64,000 nt of DNA from an uncultured Pseudomonadales bacterium (GCA_964556485.1 CAZKVV010000006.1:8072-72071); one strand, 5' to 3'; positions 20,209 through 29,009 are shown, counted from the stretch's first letter. Numbers and translations are program-made. Notes: a model not told the origin generated them from the sequence alone.

Positions 20209-20486
20209 GAATCCTCTCCTTTTTTGAACTTTTAAAGAAACAGTCATCTGTTTGAATATCAACAGACAACATTATTGTTTTAATTGTATCACATTGTAAA
20301 AAAAAGCATATAATGTATAAGCCTATAACTTTACAAAATGGCACAACTGTGCTACAATTCTTATCTAGACTCCTCGAGATCTTTAATAACACTTTGCAGG
20401 GAGCAAATTATACATTTCTGCCCTATTAGAGGGGTTTGAAGTGTATAACATATCTCTCTGTTATTCAAAAAAAGGAGCGTGAAATT

Positions 20487-20867
20487 TTGACTAAGCTCAA
20501 ATTCATTGGTTTTCAACTTGCTTTACTTAGTATTTTTGGATTCGCATGTCTGTTGATGGTGACAAACACAGACACTCAAACGACCGTGCAAATTTCTATC
20601 GGAGATGAAATATTTGTTCCCGATGGATACGAGTTTGTTGATGCATCTGCCTATGGCCAATACGCAAACATCGCAACCTACTATTGTGAGGAAATCAGCA
20701 CGGGGCGCATATTTACATGCACCGACGGCCGAATAGGTAGTGAAATAGTTATACCTGAGGGTTACTATTTCATAGGCGCATCTGCCTATGGCCAATATTT
20801 CAATAATTTAGTCATTATTTGCGGAAAGGAAGACAGCAAGCAAGTCTTCATTTGCCAAGTACAATAA
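20487..20867 (+). CDS. Exported protein with two internal ~45-aa repeats
   Basis: SD AAGGAG and TTG start, signal/TM segment. Repeats IGDEIFVPDGYEFVDASAYGQY and IGSEIVIPEGYYFIGASAYGQY, each with 2 Cys. Confidence 0.75.
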   Translation: MTKLKFIGFQLALLSIFGFACLLMVTNTDTQTTVQISIGDEIFVPDGYEFVDASAYGQYANIATYYCEEISTGRIFTCTDGRIGSEIVIPEGYYFIGASAYGQYFNNLVIICGKEDSKQVFICQVQ

Positions 20868-20897
20868 GCACTACGTCATTTTTTTGAATATCAGCAT

Positions 20898-20929
20898 AGA
20901 GCCTCAGCTAAACACTGAGGCTCTTTTTT
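20898..20929 (+). terminator. Intrinsic terminator
   Basis: AGAGCCTCAG-ctaaaca-CTGAGGCTCT-TTTTT. Confidence 0.85.
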
Positions 20930-21002
20930 GTTCAGTTTCACTGCTGGGAAACAAAATAGAAGATGGTATAATTTTAAATCTAATTTCTTTTACAAAAAAA
21001 AC

Positions 21003-21019
21003 ACAAGCCAAGCTAGCCA
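21003..21019 (+). repeat. attL-like 17-bp direct repeat (copy of tRNA-Phe 5' end plus 4 nt of leader)
   Basis: ACAAGCCAAGCTAGCCA, identical to 31694-31710, 71 nt upstream of an integrase. Confidence 0.9.
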
Positions 21020-21090
21020 TGAGCGTAGCGAGGCAACAACTTTAGGTCTTTTTCCCCTTAACCCTCAGATTCGATAAATAAGGAAATCCC

Positions 21091-22065
21091 TTGTTTATCA
21101 CACACGAACTCTGGCCAGAATTTCGCTCTTACCTCACCATTGAAAAAAAGCTGAGTGATAAAGCTAGTTCAATGTATGCCCTCAAGTCGCGTTTCAACAA
21201 AGTTTCAGAACACTTCTCCACCGTTGACTTCAATCGGGCTAACTTCAATATTTTTATTTCTCAAATGAAATCCAAGAATCATGCTCCTTCTCACCTGAAC
21301 AACATGATTAAAATGGCAAAACACTTGGATAAATATTTCCAAATCAACCAACTCCAAGACTATGACTACTTCAGAGAGTCATTTACTCCCACCAAAGAAG
21401 TTTTAACACCCGAAGAGATTAAGAAACTGACAGAATTAGAAATGAGTTATAAATTTACTCGTTTCATGAACCAACGCCAGAAAGCGCTCATTTTCTTATT
21501 GGGTACAACTGGCTGCAGAATTGGTGAAGCGATAGATTTACAGTGGGATGATGTTTTTAGTGATCATGTGATTTTTAGGGAAACCAAAAATGGTGATTCC
21601 AGAGTGGTCCCCATCTCCTCAGAGTTATACCAATTATTTCTAGAATTACCTCGAAACAGACCAGAAGTTTTTTCCAGCTACCGTGGAAATAAGTTAGCAT
21701 CTCAAGAGATAAATGCCGACCTCCAGAAGAGGGCAAAATCGGCTGGGATTACTAAACACATCTATAACCACCTCTTTCGACACAGTTTTATTACCACCAT
21801 GCTCGAGCAAGGAGCTGATTCCTTAGATGTGGCAGTGATTGTTGGTCACAAAGACCCAAAAAATACCATGAGATACAAAAACTCATTGTTAAGCCACTAC
21901 CGAACAGTGATTCAAGTTCACCCACTTCTCAGAAAAACCATGACCTTTGAACAAATGACCATTAAAGTCAGAGATTTGATTTATAAGTCCATTAGTACGG
22001 AAAACTGTCATATTAGTATTCGGGAAGAAAACGGGCGGATGGTTGTGGAGTTGGCGAGAGGCTAA
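21091..22065 (+). CDS. Tyrosine recombinase/integrase 1
   Basis: TGCRIGE (R), TKNG (K), HLFRHS (HxxR), VGHKD (H), MRYKN (Y). SD AAGGA with TTG start. Confidence 0.95.
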   Translation: MFITHELWPEFRSYLTIEKKLSDKASSMYALKSRFNKVSEHFSTVDFNRANFNIFISQMKSKNHAPSHLNNMIKMAKHLDKYFQINQLQDYDYFRESFTPTKEVLTPEEIKKLTELEMSYKFTRFMNQRQKALIFLLGTTGCRIGEAIDLQWDDVFSDHVIFRETKNGDSRVVPISSELYQLFLELPRNRPEVFSSYRGNKLASQEINADLQKRAKSAGITKHIYNHLFRHSFITTMLEQGADSLDVAVIVGHKDPKNTMRYKNSLLSHYRTVIQVHPLLRKTMTFEQMTIKVRDLIYKSISTENCHISIREENGRMVVELARG

Positions 22066-22911
22066 TTAGTATAAAAATAAGCCAATGACTTGAAGAATAA
22101 ATGCAATCAAACTAAAGATCACTCCAATAGTACCCCATTTCCGCTGCTCCAGTCGATCTTTAACGGCAGGTAGTTTCAGATTTTCCACATCTGTATCACC
22201 ACCCCATCGCGAAACACCCAATTCAATAGCTTGCTTTTTTGAAATAAAAAGACCTTTTCCAAAGGCCAATCCACCAATTAATGAGAAGAAGGCAGACAGT
22301 GAAAACAATAATTTATCGTTCATTTCTAAATTCCCTATCACTGATGATACATCTGTTACTACTACAGTCCAGTTTATTTTTATAGGAGAAATTGAAAATA
22401 GTATGAATAGCAAACCAAGTGTCAAAAAACTAAAAAATATATTTGGGACCCAATCAATTTTAATTATTTTTAATATTGAGTATAAAAGGCCTTTTTTATC
22501 CATCAATCTTTTATATTCTTTAACTTGATCTTCAATGTGTTGTCTTTCGAAGGGTTCAATAACATCTTTATATTGAGACAAGTCAGATTCTAAATGCCAC
22601 TTACTCATTAGCCAATGAAAATGTTGCTTGCCCTGAAGAGAAGACCATAAATAAGCAACGCCAGAAAGTGTTGAGATTAAAAGAAAGAACTCTCCGATGA
22701 TAAATAAAGTATTAACTACTTTACCAGATGCTAATGCAATTGAAGAAGCGAAAACGGTGCCAGATAGAATAGTTAGATTTTTTAGTAGGTCAAAAAAATC
22801 ACCCTCAATTTCATCAAATTCTTTACTTTGTTTTTCGTGACTAGCAGAATTTGTTTTGTATCTTTGATCTTTTCTTTGTGATTGTAGGTTTTGTTCAAGG
22901 AGATCAGTCAT
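22066..22911 (-). CDS. Multi-pass membrane hypothetical protein
   Basis: 281 aa with about 5 hydrophobic helices. Confidence 0.7.
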   Translation of the reverse strand: MTDLLEQNLQSQRKDQRYKTNSASHEKQSKEFDEIEGDFFDLLKNLTILSGTVFASSIALASGKVVNTLFIIGEFFLLISTLSGVAYLWSSLQGKQHFHWLMSKWHLESDLSQYKDVIEPFERQHIEDQVKEYKRLMDKKGLLYSILKIIKIDWVPNIFFSFLTLGLLFILFSISPIKINWTVVVTDVSSVIGNLEMNDKLLFSLSAFFSLIGGLAFGKGLFISKKQAIELGVSRWGGDTDVENLKLPAVKDRLEQRKWGTIGVIFSLIAFILQVIGLFLY

Positions 22912-22929
22912 GGTTGAAAACTATGTTTG

Positions 22930-23085
22930 AAAAAAGGCCTTTTTTGATGTATTTATATATAGTTCCTTGTACACTACTTGTACACTTATTAAATCTTTCC
23001 TAGATTCTCCGATAAGCCCTTTTCCAGGCTAAAACTCCAGAAAAGACATTATTCTAACTATCTTCTAGGGCAGTACTTGTACACT
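22930..23085. repeat. Palindrome plus three 10-bp direct repeats
   Basis: AAAAAAGGCCTTTTTT at 22930-22945. CTTGTACACT at 22966, 22977 and 23076. Confidence 0.75.
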
Positions 23086-23087
23086 TT

Positions 23088-24572
23088 CTAGGAGTGATTC
23101 TTCAGTTTTTCAGAACCTAGAGTACTGGTCACATATTGTTGTTTTCTACTATTAGGGATGTCCGGCATTGTGTAGTCAAGGTAGCCAGCTTCCAGTAATG
23201 GCATAACATGCCTTCTAAAGTTTTCATAATGGTTTGTTAAACCCAATTTTTTAAGAATATTCTTCCTTGATTGTGGCTTTTGGCAAAGCTTAAGTACGCT
23301 TGTTTTATGTTCGTCTAAAGTGATTTGAACAAAGCCAGGATGAATTGGTAGATATGTTAAAAAGTAAGTATTATTTTCATCAGTTTCGAAAGAAGGATTA
23401 GGAGAGCCATTAGCCTTCATACTAGTTCTAATTTTGGGGATACCAGTCCCTCGACCTTCAGTAAGTCGAAGCTCTTTAAGAAAATCACCAATTCTACGAT
23501 TTCGATAGTCTCGAGCAATGATTCTGTTTTGTTTTAACATTTTGCTGTCGAGAGGAGGCAACGGACCAGGGAAACTAAGAATTTCAATCTTATCTAAACG
23601 AATGTTTACCTCGATTCCACTTTGGTGTTCATAACTTTTATGGTACACAGCATTTGCAAGTGCCTCCTCAATGGCTTCATAGGGATAATTTAAATAACGA
23701 GCTGCCTTGGCTTGACCGGACAATTTCCTAACCTTTTCCTTAATCACATTTACTTGCATGTAGTGAAGCACATCTTTTAACTGCGTATGCAGAGGTCCAT
23801 TAAATTTCTTTTCCGAGAAGTTATCACCCACCTCATCCTGGTAAGTTACAACTTGTATTTCTGCACCTCTAAAAAAATTCTCAGGATGCTCGTTAAACAT
23901 TAATAGTCCAACATTGACTGGTTTTAAATATTCAGTTGAACCTCGAGCAATATTCATTTTTCTGGCAATCTCTTCAACGGACAATACGGTTGTGTGTTTA
24001 TATAAATCACTACCCACTTCTTTTAAATAAGCCTGGATAAGAGATAAATCTAAATCAGCAACCTCAGCACTATGGTTAACCCGATCATCAAAGGGAACTT
24101 TTTTGGCTTGCTCTAGTAATTTTTGCTCATCTTGACCTTTGGCTTGTACAGTTTTAGAGCCCTTTCGTATCCAATACACCTTTTGACCTTTTTGTCCTAA
24201 AGAGAACGGAGCTTTATAAGGTCGGTTATCTCCACCTGGTACCCAAATTACTAGAATGTGCTTCTTTTGAAAGACAAACGGTTCAACTACGGGTGTGTAG
24301 TTCGGCTCAAGTAAGTAGGAAAGTTCAATAAGTTTTTTCTGAAAGGGATCGAGTTGGTTTTTCTGTAAACCTACTGGTGGTAATTCAGGTTCTCCATCAA
24401 CTTCTTTAATACCTAAAATTATATAACCACCCCCCCAGTTATTAACGTCATTAGCAAAAGCACAAATTGAATGAACTATCTCCTCAGGGTTAAAACCTTC
24501 TTTAAATTCAATTCTTTCAGATTCGACTGTTTCTTTACTGATCAGCTGGTTAATGTTGATTGGAAGTCCCAT
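23088..24572 (-). CDS. Schlafen/AlbA_2-domain protein with RecG-C-like (HATPase_c_4) and wHTH domains
   Basis: ESERIEFKEG, ICAFAN...GGGYIILG, EALANAVYHKSY, RNRRIG...EGRGTGI, C-terminal PDIPNSRKQQY. Confidence 0.9.
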   Translation of the reverse strand: MGLPININQLISKETVESERIEFKEGFNPEEIVHSICAFANDVNNWGGGYIILGIKEVDGEPELPPVGLQKNQLDPFQKKLIELSYLLEPNYTPVVEPFVFQKKHILVIWVPGGDNRPYKAPFSLGQKGQKVYWIRKGSKTVQAKGQDEQKLLEQAKKVPFDDRVNHSAEVADLDLSLIQAYLKEVGSDLYKHTTVLSVEEIARKMNIARGSTEYLKPVNVGLLMFNEHPENFFRGAEIQVVTYQDEVGDNFSEKKFNGPLHTQLKDVLHYMQVNVIKEKVRKLSGQAKAARYLNYPYEAIEEALANAVYHKSYEHQSGIEVNIRLDKIEILSFPGPLPPLDSKMLKQNRIIARDYRNRRIGDFLKELRLTEGRGTGIPKIRTSMKANGSPNPSFETDENNTYFLTYLPIHPGFVQITLDEHKTSVLKLCQKPQSRKNILKKLGLTNHYENFRRHVMPLLEAGYLDYTMPDIPNSRKQQYVTSTLGSEKLKNHS

Positions 24573-24630
24573 TAGCTTACGATTATAAACCCAAAATACA
24601 GATTTTAATTTGCCATTTTATGATGAAAAC

Positions 24631-24661
24631 TTGACAAGCAAATAGGCCTGTAATTTATAAT
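24631..24661 (+). promoter_or_regulatory. Candidate sigma70 promoter firing into the structured non-coding region
   Basis: TTGACA (24631-24636) and TATAAT (24656-24661) are both consensus, but the 19-nt spacer is long. Confidence 0.55.
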
Positions 24662-24699
24662 TGTTCTGTAGGCATTTTGTTTGCAACAATCTACATTAT

Positions 24700-25235
24700 A
24701 TTACCTCAGATTAGATTCCCAATTACATTGCTTGGTAACAAGCTAGCGTTGTCAGAGTTAGAGACTGACAGCCGAAGTGGTCGAAGGTTTGGAAAAAAAA
24801 TCGCGAAGGCGTACTGTGCTGGACACATATGTAGAACAACCTACCACTCGGGGGTGCAACTCCCCTTAAAGGCCATTGAGATACGATGGAAAGAATAGTC
24901 ACTTAAAGGAGTGGGAAATCTGAGGGGCATCTTGATTACAAAAGCTGTGATCAAGGTAAAAACCCATACTCCGCCTCATCATCCAGAAATGGGTGTAAGC
25001 TTTTTTGCAAGGTTGTGTTTGTCTACAAGATAAGTGAGGGCTCGGTTTTTGTACTATGACCACCTCCACCCTGGAAGGGAGTACCAGCTAGGTATAGATA
25101 GTAAGCTAAAAAGTACTGGGGAAAAACAGAGAAATACTTTGATCGTGATGAGCCACCTACCAATGGGGGTAGGGGGGGCAATCACACCTAAGCTGTTTTG
25201 CAGCGCAAGAAGATTCAACCTAATGGGGGAGTATT
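24700..25235 (+). ncRNA. Candidate large structured ncRNA (~530 nt), family not recognised
   Basis: Two long-range closing helices, at least 8 local hairpins, GNRA tetraloops (GTAA, GAAA), a T-loop-like hairpin and G-U pairs that work on the + strand. No credible ORF. Confidence 0.7.
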
Positions 25236-27524
25236 CTGGCTCATGGATCTAACTAGTTTTTCCAGAGAACCTAAACCCTCTTGTTTTTTTTGTAAAAATT
25301 TCTCGATGTCTTTTATCTTTTCACCGTTTATTTCTAGAATTTCTGTTAAGCCAGAACTATTTTTTCTTGACAGGAAACCCAACATTTTTTCGTCAGAAAC
25401 AAGATAGATCTGACCTGACGTATAGCTTTCCTCGGAGGCATATTTGTAAGCTTTCAAATTACATTTTTCAATTTCAAGGCAATTCCCTTCAACAACACCA
25501 TTTACATCAAACTTTGAATCATCTATTTCTTCAGTGACAAGAACACCGTTTTTAACCGTAATCTTAATGGTATATTTTGAGTTTATTTCCCAAAACCCAT
25601 CCCACTCAAAACTACAGCTATTGGTAAGCGCGTCAATGAATGCGAGATGATACCTATTAATTTGTGCACCCACTTCCTGAAACTTTTTCTCGCTAGCTTC
25701 TTCTTCTTTAACTTTTCTACTAACACTCCCTAAGATTTCATCAACTCTCTCGTCATACCCATTCTTATTTTCCCTAATAATTGACCTTAATATTCCCAAG
25801 GCTTTATCTTTAAGACCAATTTCCAAATACTTGCTAGCAATGTTACTTCCAGCTAGTGTATTGCCAAGTTCATATGATTTTTCATACATTTCCATTCCTT
25901 TTATTGGCATAGAAAAGGGTGCATTAGAAAATAACACTCCTAGATTATTTTTAACATCTTGATTCTCGGAGTTATTTTTTAAAGCTACTTTATAGTGGTA
26001 AAGAGAAAGTTCTTCTTGACCAATTTCAGAATATTGATAGCCACAATCAAATCTGTTACTTCCATCGGGATCTAAGTTTACTGAAGCCTCTAGAAATTGT
26101 AATCCTCTTTTTGAGTTTCTAGTTTCCAGGTAATACTTTCCTAGCATTCGAAACATATCAGCTCTTTTGAGTTTACTATCAGGTTCATTCAAAAGTTCTT
26201 TTAGCCTTTTATCAAAGTCATGAGCATTAGCACATTTACATTCTTTACAAATTCTTGAAAAATGAAGCAAGTATGAAAGCCGGATATTTGGATCCTTTTC
26301 ATTTTGAAGTGCCAAAAGTATGTAATTGTGAGCCTGTTCAAAGGAGCTATTTTTGAAAAAATACTTAGATAAATATAAGAAAACAAAAGAGTGTTTAGAA
26401 TCTTTTTCTTTGCTAAGTAACTCATTGGGATGAAACACATAAGTGTAAACCACATCTAGTGCAACTTGCGTTTTTTTGTTTTTATATTTTTCTTTAATCT
26501 CGTTTACTAGACCTTCAGCTATATTTTTTTGATCTTTGTTTTTTAAGTCATCCAGCGCTATTTCTAATAAAATTAGATGGACTGAAAGATCTTCTTTAAA
26601 ATCTTCTATGAATTTTGCTCTGTCTTTTCCAATAGTAATATCGGTAATCCAGCCAGAGTCTATCTTCTTTGTTACAAATCTATAATTATTCGTACTCATT
26701 TGGTGCAAAATGTCATCAACGGCACCAATCACTTCGTCGACACTGTTAAATCTATCTTCAGGTTCCTCTGTAACCATACGTTCAATTAAGTTTTTCTGAA
26801 TCAAGGGTAAATATGTACTATTTCCCTCGAATAAACTATTTAAATCTCCAACTTCTTCTCTAAATGTTTTGCTTTTACCCGTGATCATAAACAGCAAAAT
26901 TTTACCTAAGGAATAAATATCAGACTTTATAGATGCCTTTGAGGGATCTTTGAATTGTTCTGGCGAAATAAAATATACTGGCCCAACTATTTCACCTTCA
27001 TCAGTAATATTTTTTTTATCTTCGTTATCTTTAATAAGACTTATACCAAAATCAGACACTATCACTTCATTTTGTGTTGGGAAGAGAAGAATGTTCTCGG
27101 GTTTTAGGTCTCTATGGATGATTTTTTGTGAGTGGGCACTATCCACACCAATAAGAATTTCCTTGAACAAAAGCAACGATTTTTCTAGATCAAAAATGAA
27201 AAAATCATTATCTTTAAGACTTCCGTAAGGAGCATAATCTGTAACATAGAAAATATCACTGACCGTATCATTCACTACATCCAAATTGTGATCGTAAATT
27301 TTAATAATATTTTTATTGCCATTAAGTTTTATAATTGCCTCTATCTCATTTCTGGCTCTCTCAAATTTTTTTTGTTGAAATTTTTTGATTTTGAATAATT
27401 TTAATGCATAATTCTTATCGTCTTCTAAGGAAACAACCTTAAATACTGTGCCTTGCCCACCAGAGTTTATTTGGTTAAGTACTTTCCATTTTCCTTTATA
27501 TATTTTGGGGTTATTTTTTGGCAT
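25215..27524 (-). CDS. Hanks-type Ser/Thr protein kinase with TPR-like repeats
   Basis: SGGQGTVF, ALK, HRDLKPEN, DFG, SPEQ, SDIYSLG. C-terminal LGKYY...NNLGVLF TPR-like helices. Confidence 0.92.
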   Translation of the reverse strand: MPKNNPKIYKGKWKVLNQINSGGQGTVFKVVSLEDDKNYALKLFKIKKFQQKKFERARNEIEAIIKLNGNKNIIKIYDHNLDVVNDTVSDIFYVTDYAPYGSLKDNDFFIFDLEKSLLLFKEILIGVDSAHSQKIIHRDLKPENILLFPTQNEVIVSDFGISLIKDNEDKKNITDEGEIVGPVYFISPEQFKDPSKASIKSDIYSLGKILLFMITGKSKTFREEVGDLNSLFEGNSTYLPLIQKNLIERMVTEEPEDRFNSVDEVIGAVDDILHQMSTNNYRFVTKKIDSGWITDITIGKDRAKFIEDFKEDLSVHLILLEIALDDLKNKDQKNIAEGLVNEIKEKYKNKKTQVALDVVYTYVFHPNELLSKEKDSKHSFVFLYLSKYFFKNSSFEQAHNYILLALQNEKDPNIRLSYLLHFSRICKECKCANAHDFDKRLKELLNEPDSKLKRADMFRMLGKYYLETRNSKRGLQFLEASVNLDPDGSNRFDCGYQYSEIGQEELSLYHYKVALKNNSENQDVKNNLGVLFSNAPFSMPIKGMEMYEKSYELGNTLAGSNIASKYLEIGLKDKALGILRSIIRENKNGYDERVDEILGSVSRKVKEEEASEKKFQEVGAQINRYHLAFIDALTNSCSFEWDGFWEINSKYTIKITVKNGVLVTEEIDDSKFDVNGVVEGNCLEIEKCNLKAYKYASEESYTSGQIYLVSDEKMLGFLSRKNSSGLTEILEINGEKIKDIEKFLQKKQEGLGSLEKLVRSMSQNTPPLG

Positions 27525-27678
27525 TTTGAGGATTTTTTCTAACGGGTTTATAAATTAATGAAAACAACTCTAGAAAGTTTGTCGCTCGTGTGCTTGCCTC
27601 ATTGTCACTTAACTCTTCACCAAACTCTTTTCTAAAAATCTCTCTAAATTCATCAATGGCTTTTTTACTTAGTTGCAT
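27511..27678 (-). CDS. 55-aa helical protein typical of CPR islands (below ORF-track cutoff)
   Basis: MQLSKKAIDEFREIFRKEFGEELSDNEASTRATNFLELFSLIYKPVRKNPQNAKK*. Overlaps the hydrolase stop and the kinase start. Confidence 0.75.
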   Translation of the reverse strand: MQLSKKAIDEFREIFRKEFGEELSDNEASTRATNFLELFSLIYKPVRKNPQNAKK

Positions 27679-28234
27679 ATTTTTCAATTGTTTCTAGTAA
27701 GAAAGGGAATTGTGCATATTTCTCACCTGCTGTACCAATACTGAAGTGCTGTTGACCTTCTTTTACTAGCAGTTCACCATCTAATTCTTCTGAAAGGTAC
27801 TGCGCATGATCTAATGGGCAGTAAGGATCATTATCAGAATGTATGAATATAAACTTCCTAGCTTTAGTTTTAATGTTTGCAAAGTCAAAAGGTTGTAAAA
27901 AAAGCTCCTTGAGAGCATCCCATTTCAAGTCGTTTCTAAATGAACCAACTAGATAGCAGACATCAACCCTTTTTCCCATTGGTAAAGCCTCTAACAAGCC
28001 CAAAATGGCAACTGCACCAGAAGAATGACCTATTAGTATAGTCACTTCATCAAAATAGAAATCGTTGTTAGAGAAAAGGAACTGATTGTATCTTTGAATG
28101 TTTGGTTTGTCGGCTTGCGGAAGATCTGGCGTCCAGACTTTGTAATTACGCTGTTCTAACTCTTTCTGCAACCAGGGAAACCAATTTGCCGTATGATTTC
28201 CACCTGTTCCATGAAGAATGAGAGCTTTTTTCAT
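27665..28234 (-). CDS. RBBP9/YdeN family alpha/beta hydrolase
   Basis: ILHG...NWFPWL, GHSSG nucleophile, HSDNDPY, QHF. Confidence 0.92.
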   Translation of the reverse strand: MKKALILHGTGGNHTANWFPWLQKELEQRNYKVWTPDLPQADKPNIQRYNQFLFSNNDFYFDEVTILIGHSSGAVAILGLLEALPMGKRVDVCYLVGSFRNDLKWDALKELFLQPFDFANIKTKARKFIFIHSDNDPYCPLDHAQYLSEELDGELLVKEGQQHFSIGTAGEKYAQFPFLLETIEKYATK

Positions 28235-28290
28235 TAAAAATGATTATAACTCAAGAAGATGCCTTCAGATAGCTGACTTATATTGATATG

Positions 28291-28551
28291 TTAGTCTTTC
28301 ATTACTTTCGTAAAGAATCCCAAAGGTCCTCTGACTTTCCCATCTCTAACAGTCTGCCTATAGAAGGTGAAAATAGGGAATTTGTACCAACCAACATGGT
28401 AGAAAGCACGTTGTTTAAGTCTTGATGTTTTGGTCCAGCGCTCAACTTGATTTATGCCAAGGCTTCGCTTCACTGATTTCTTTACCATGGTAATGCCTAC
28501 TATGGTTTTGAGTGATGGTTTCCGGTAGCGAAGTAACTTCACTTGTTCCAA
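28291..28551 (-). CDS. Small basic hypothetical protein
   Basis: RYRKPSLKTIVGIT...KRSLGI. Overlaps the upstream gene's stop. Confidence 0.65.
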   Translation of the reverse strand: MEQVKLLRYRKPSLKTIVGITMVKKSVKRSLGINQVERWTKTSRLKQRAFYHVGWYKFPIFTFYRQTVRDGKVRGPLGFFTKVMKD

Positions 28552-29009
28552 CTTTCACAATTGTCTCTAGCTTCAATCATCTCTTGAGGAAATATGCCAC
28601 TATCTAAATACACTCCAGTAATTGCTTCAAATTCTTTATAACCAAATCTATTTTCAAACCAGCCAATGTAACACATACAGTAAGCTGTGGATGAGTTTTT
28701 CTCACAGCCTTTCATAAAAGTGTCTACCGCATCTTCTGGGTAATCAGGCAAAGAAAAATCAACCCTAGGATCAATGGATTTGTATGCTTCTTCAATGTCT
28801 TTTGCCGGATCTGAGCTAGGCTTTGGGGAGGGTGTAGTTTTTTGTTTCGTAGGAGCTTTAATTGGTGTTGTAGTTGCCACTGGCTTAACAACCTGTTTTT
28901 GTTTTGGGACTCTACCTGCCATTAAAATCTTGTTCTCTGTCCACATTGAACCAACAAACCAACCAGCTAGAAAGATTGAGGTAAAAAGCAGTAAATAAGG
29001 TTTTTTCAT
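28539..29009 (-). CDS. Membrane-anchored protein with Pro/Thr/Lys linker and C-x7-CxC domain
   Basis: N-terminal TM, linker, FMKGCEKNSSTAYCMC. Confidence 0.75.
   Translation of the reverse strand: MKKPYLLLFTSIFLAGWFVGSMWTENKILMAGRVPKQKQVVKPVATTTPIKAPTKQKTTPSPKPSSDPAKDIEEAYKSIDPRVDFSLPDYPEDAVDTFMKGCEKNSSTAYCMCYIGWFENRFGYKEFEAITGVYLDSGIFPQEMIEARDNCESWNK

Noticed and set aside
24840-24876. tmRNA or tRNA 3' end (GGGGTGCAACTCCCC...GGCCA)
   Set aside because: No matching acceptor 5' strand, anticodon arm or tag reading frame was found. Treated as a T-loop-like hairpin within a larger RNA.
25145-25190. Group II intron domain V (GAGCC...GGGGGGG)
   Set aside because: The pairing, bulge and GNRA geometry of D5 are absent, with no intron-encoded RT and no interrupted gene.
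24677-25407. ORFs 24677-24898, 25034-25252 and 25198-25407 as proteins
   Set aside because: No convincing start signals and non-protein-like composition. The region is better explained by RNA structure and kinase antisense.
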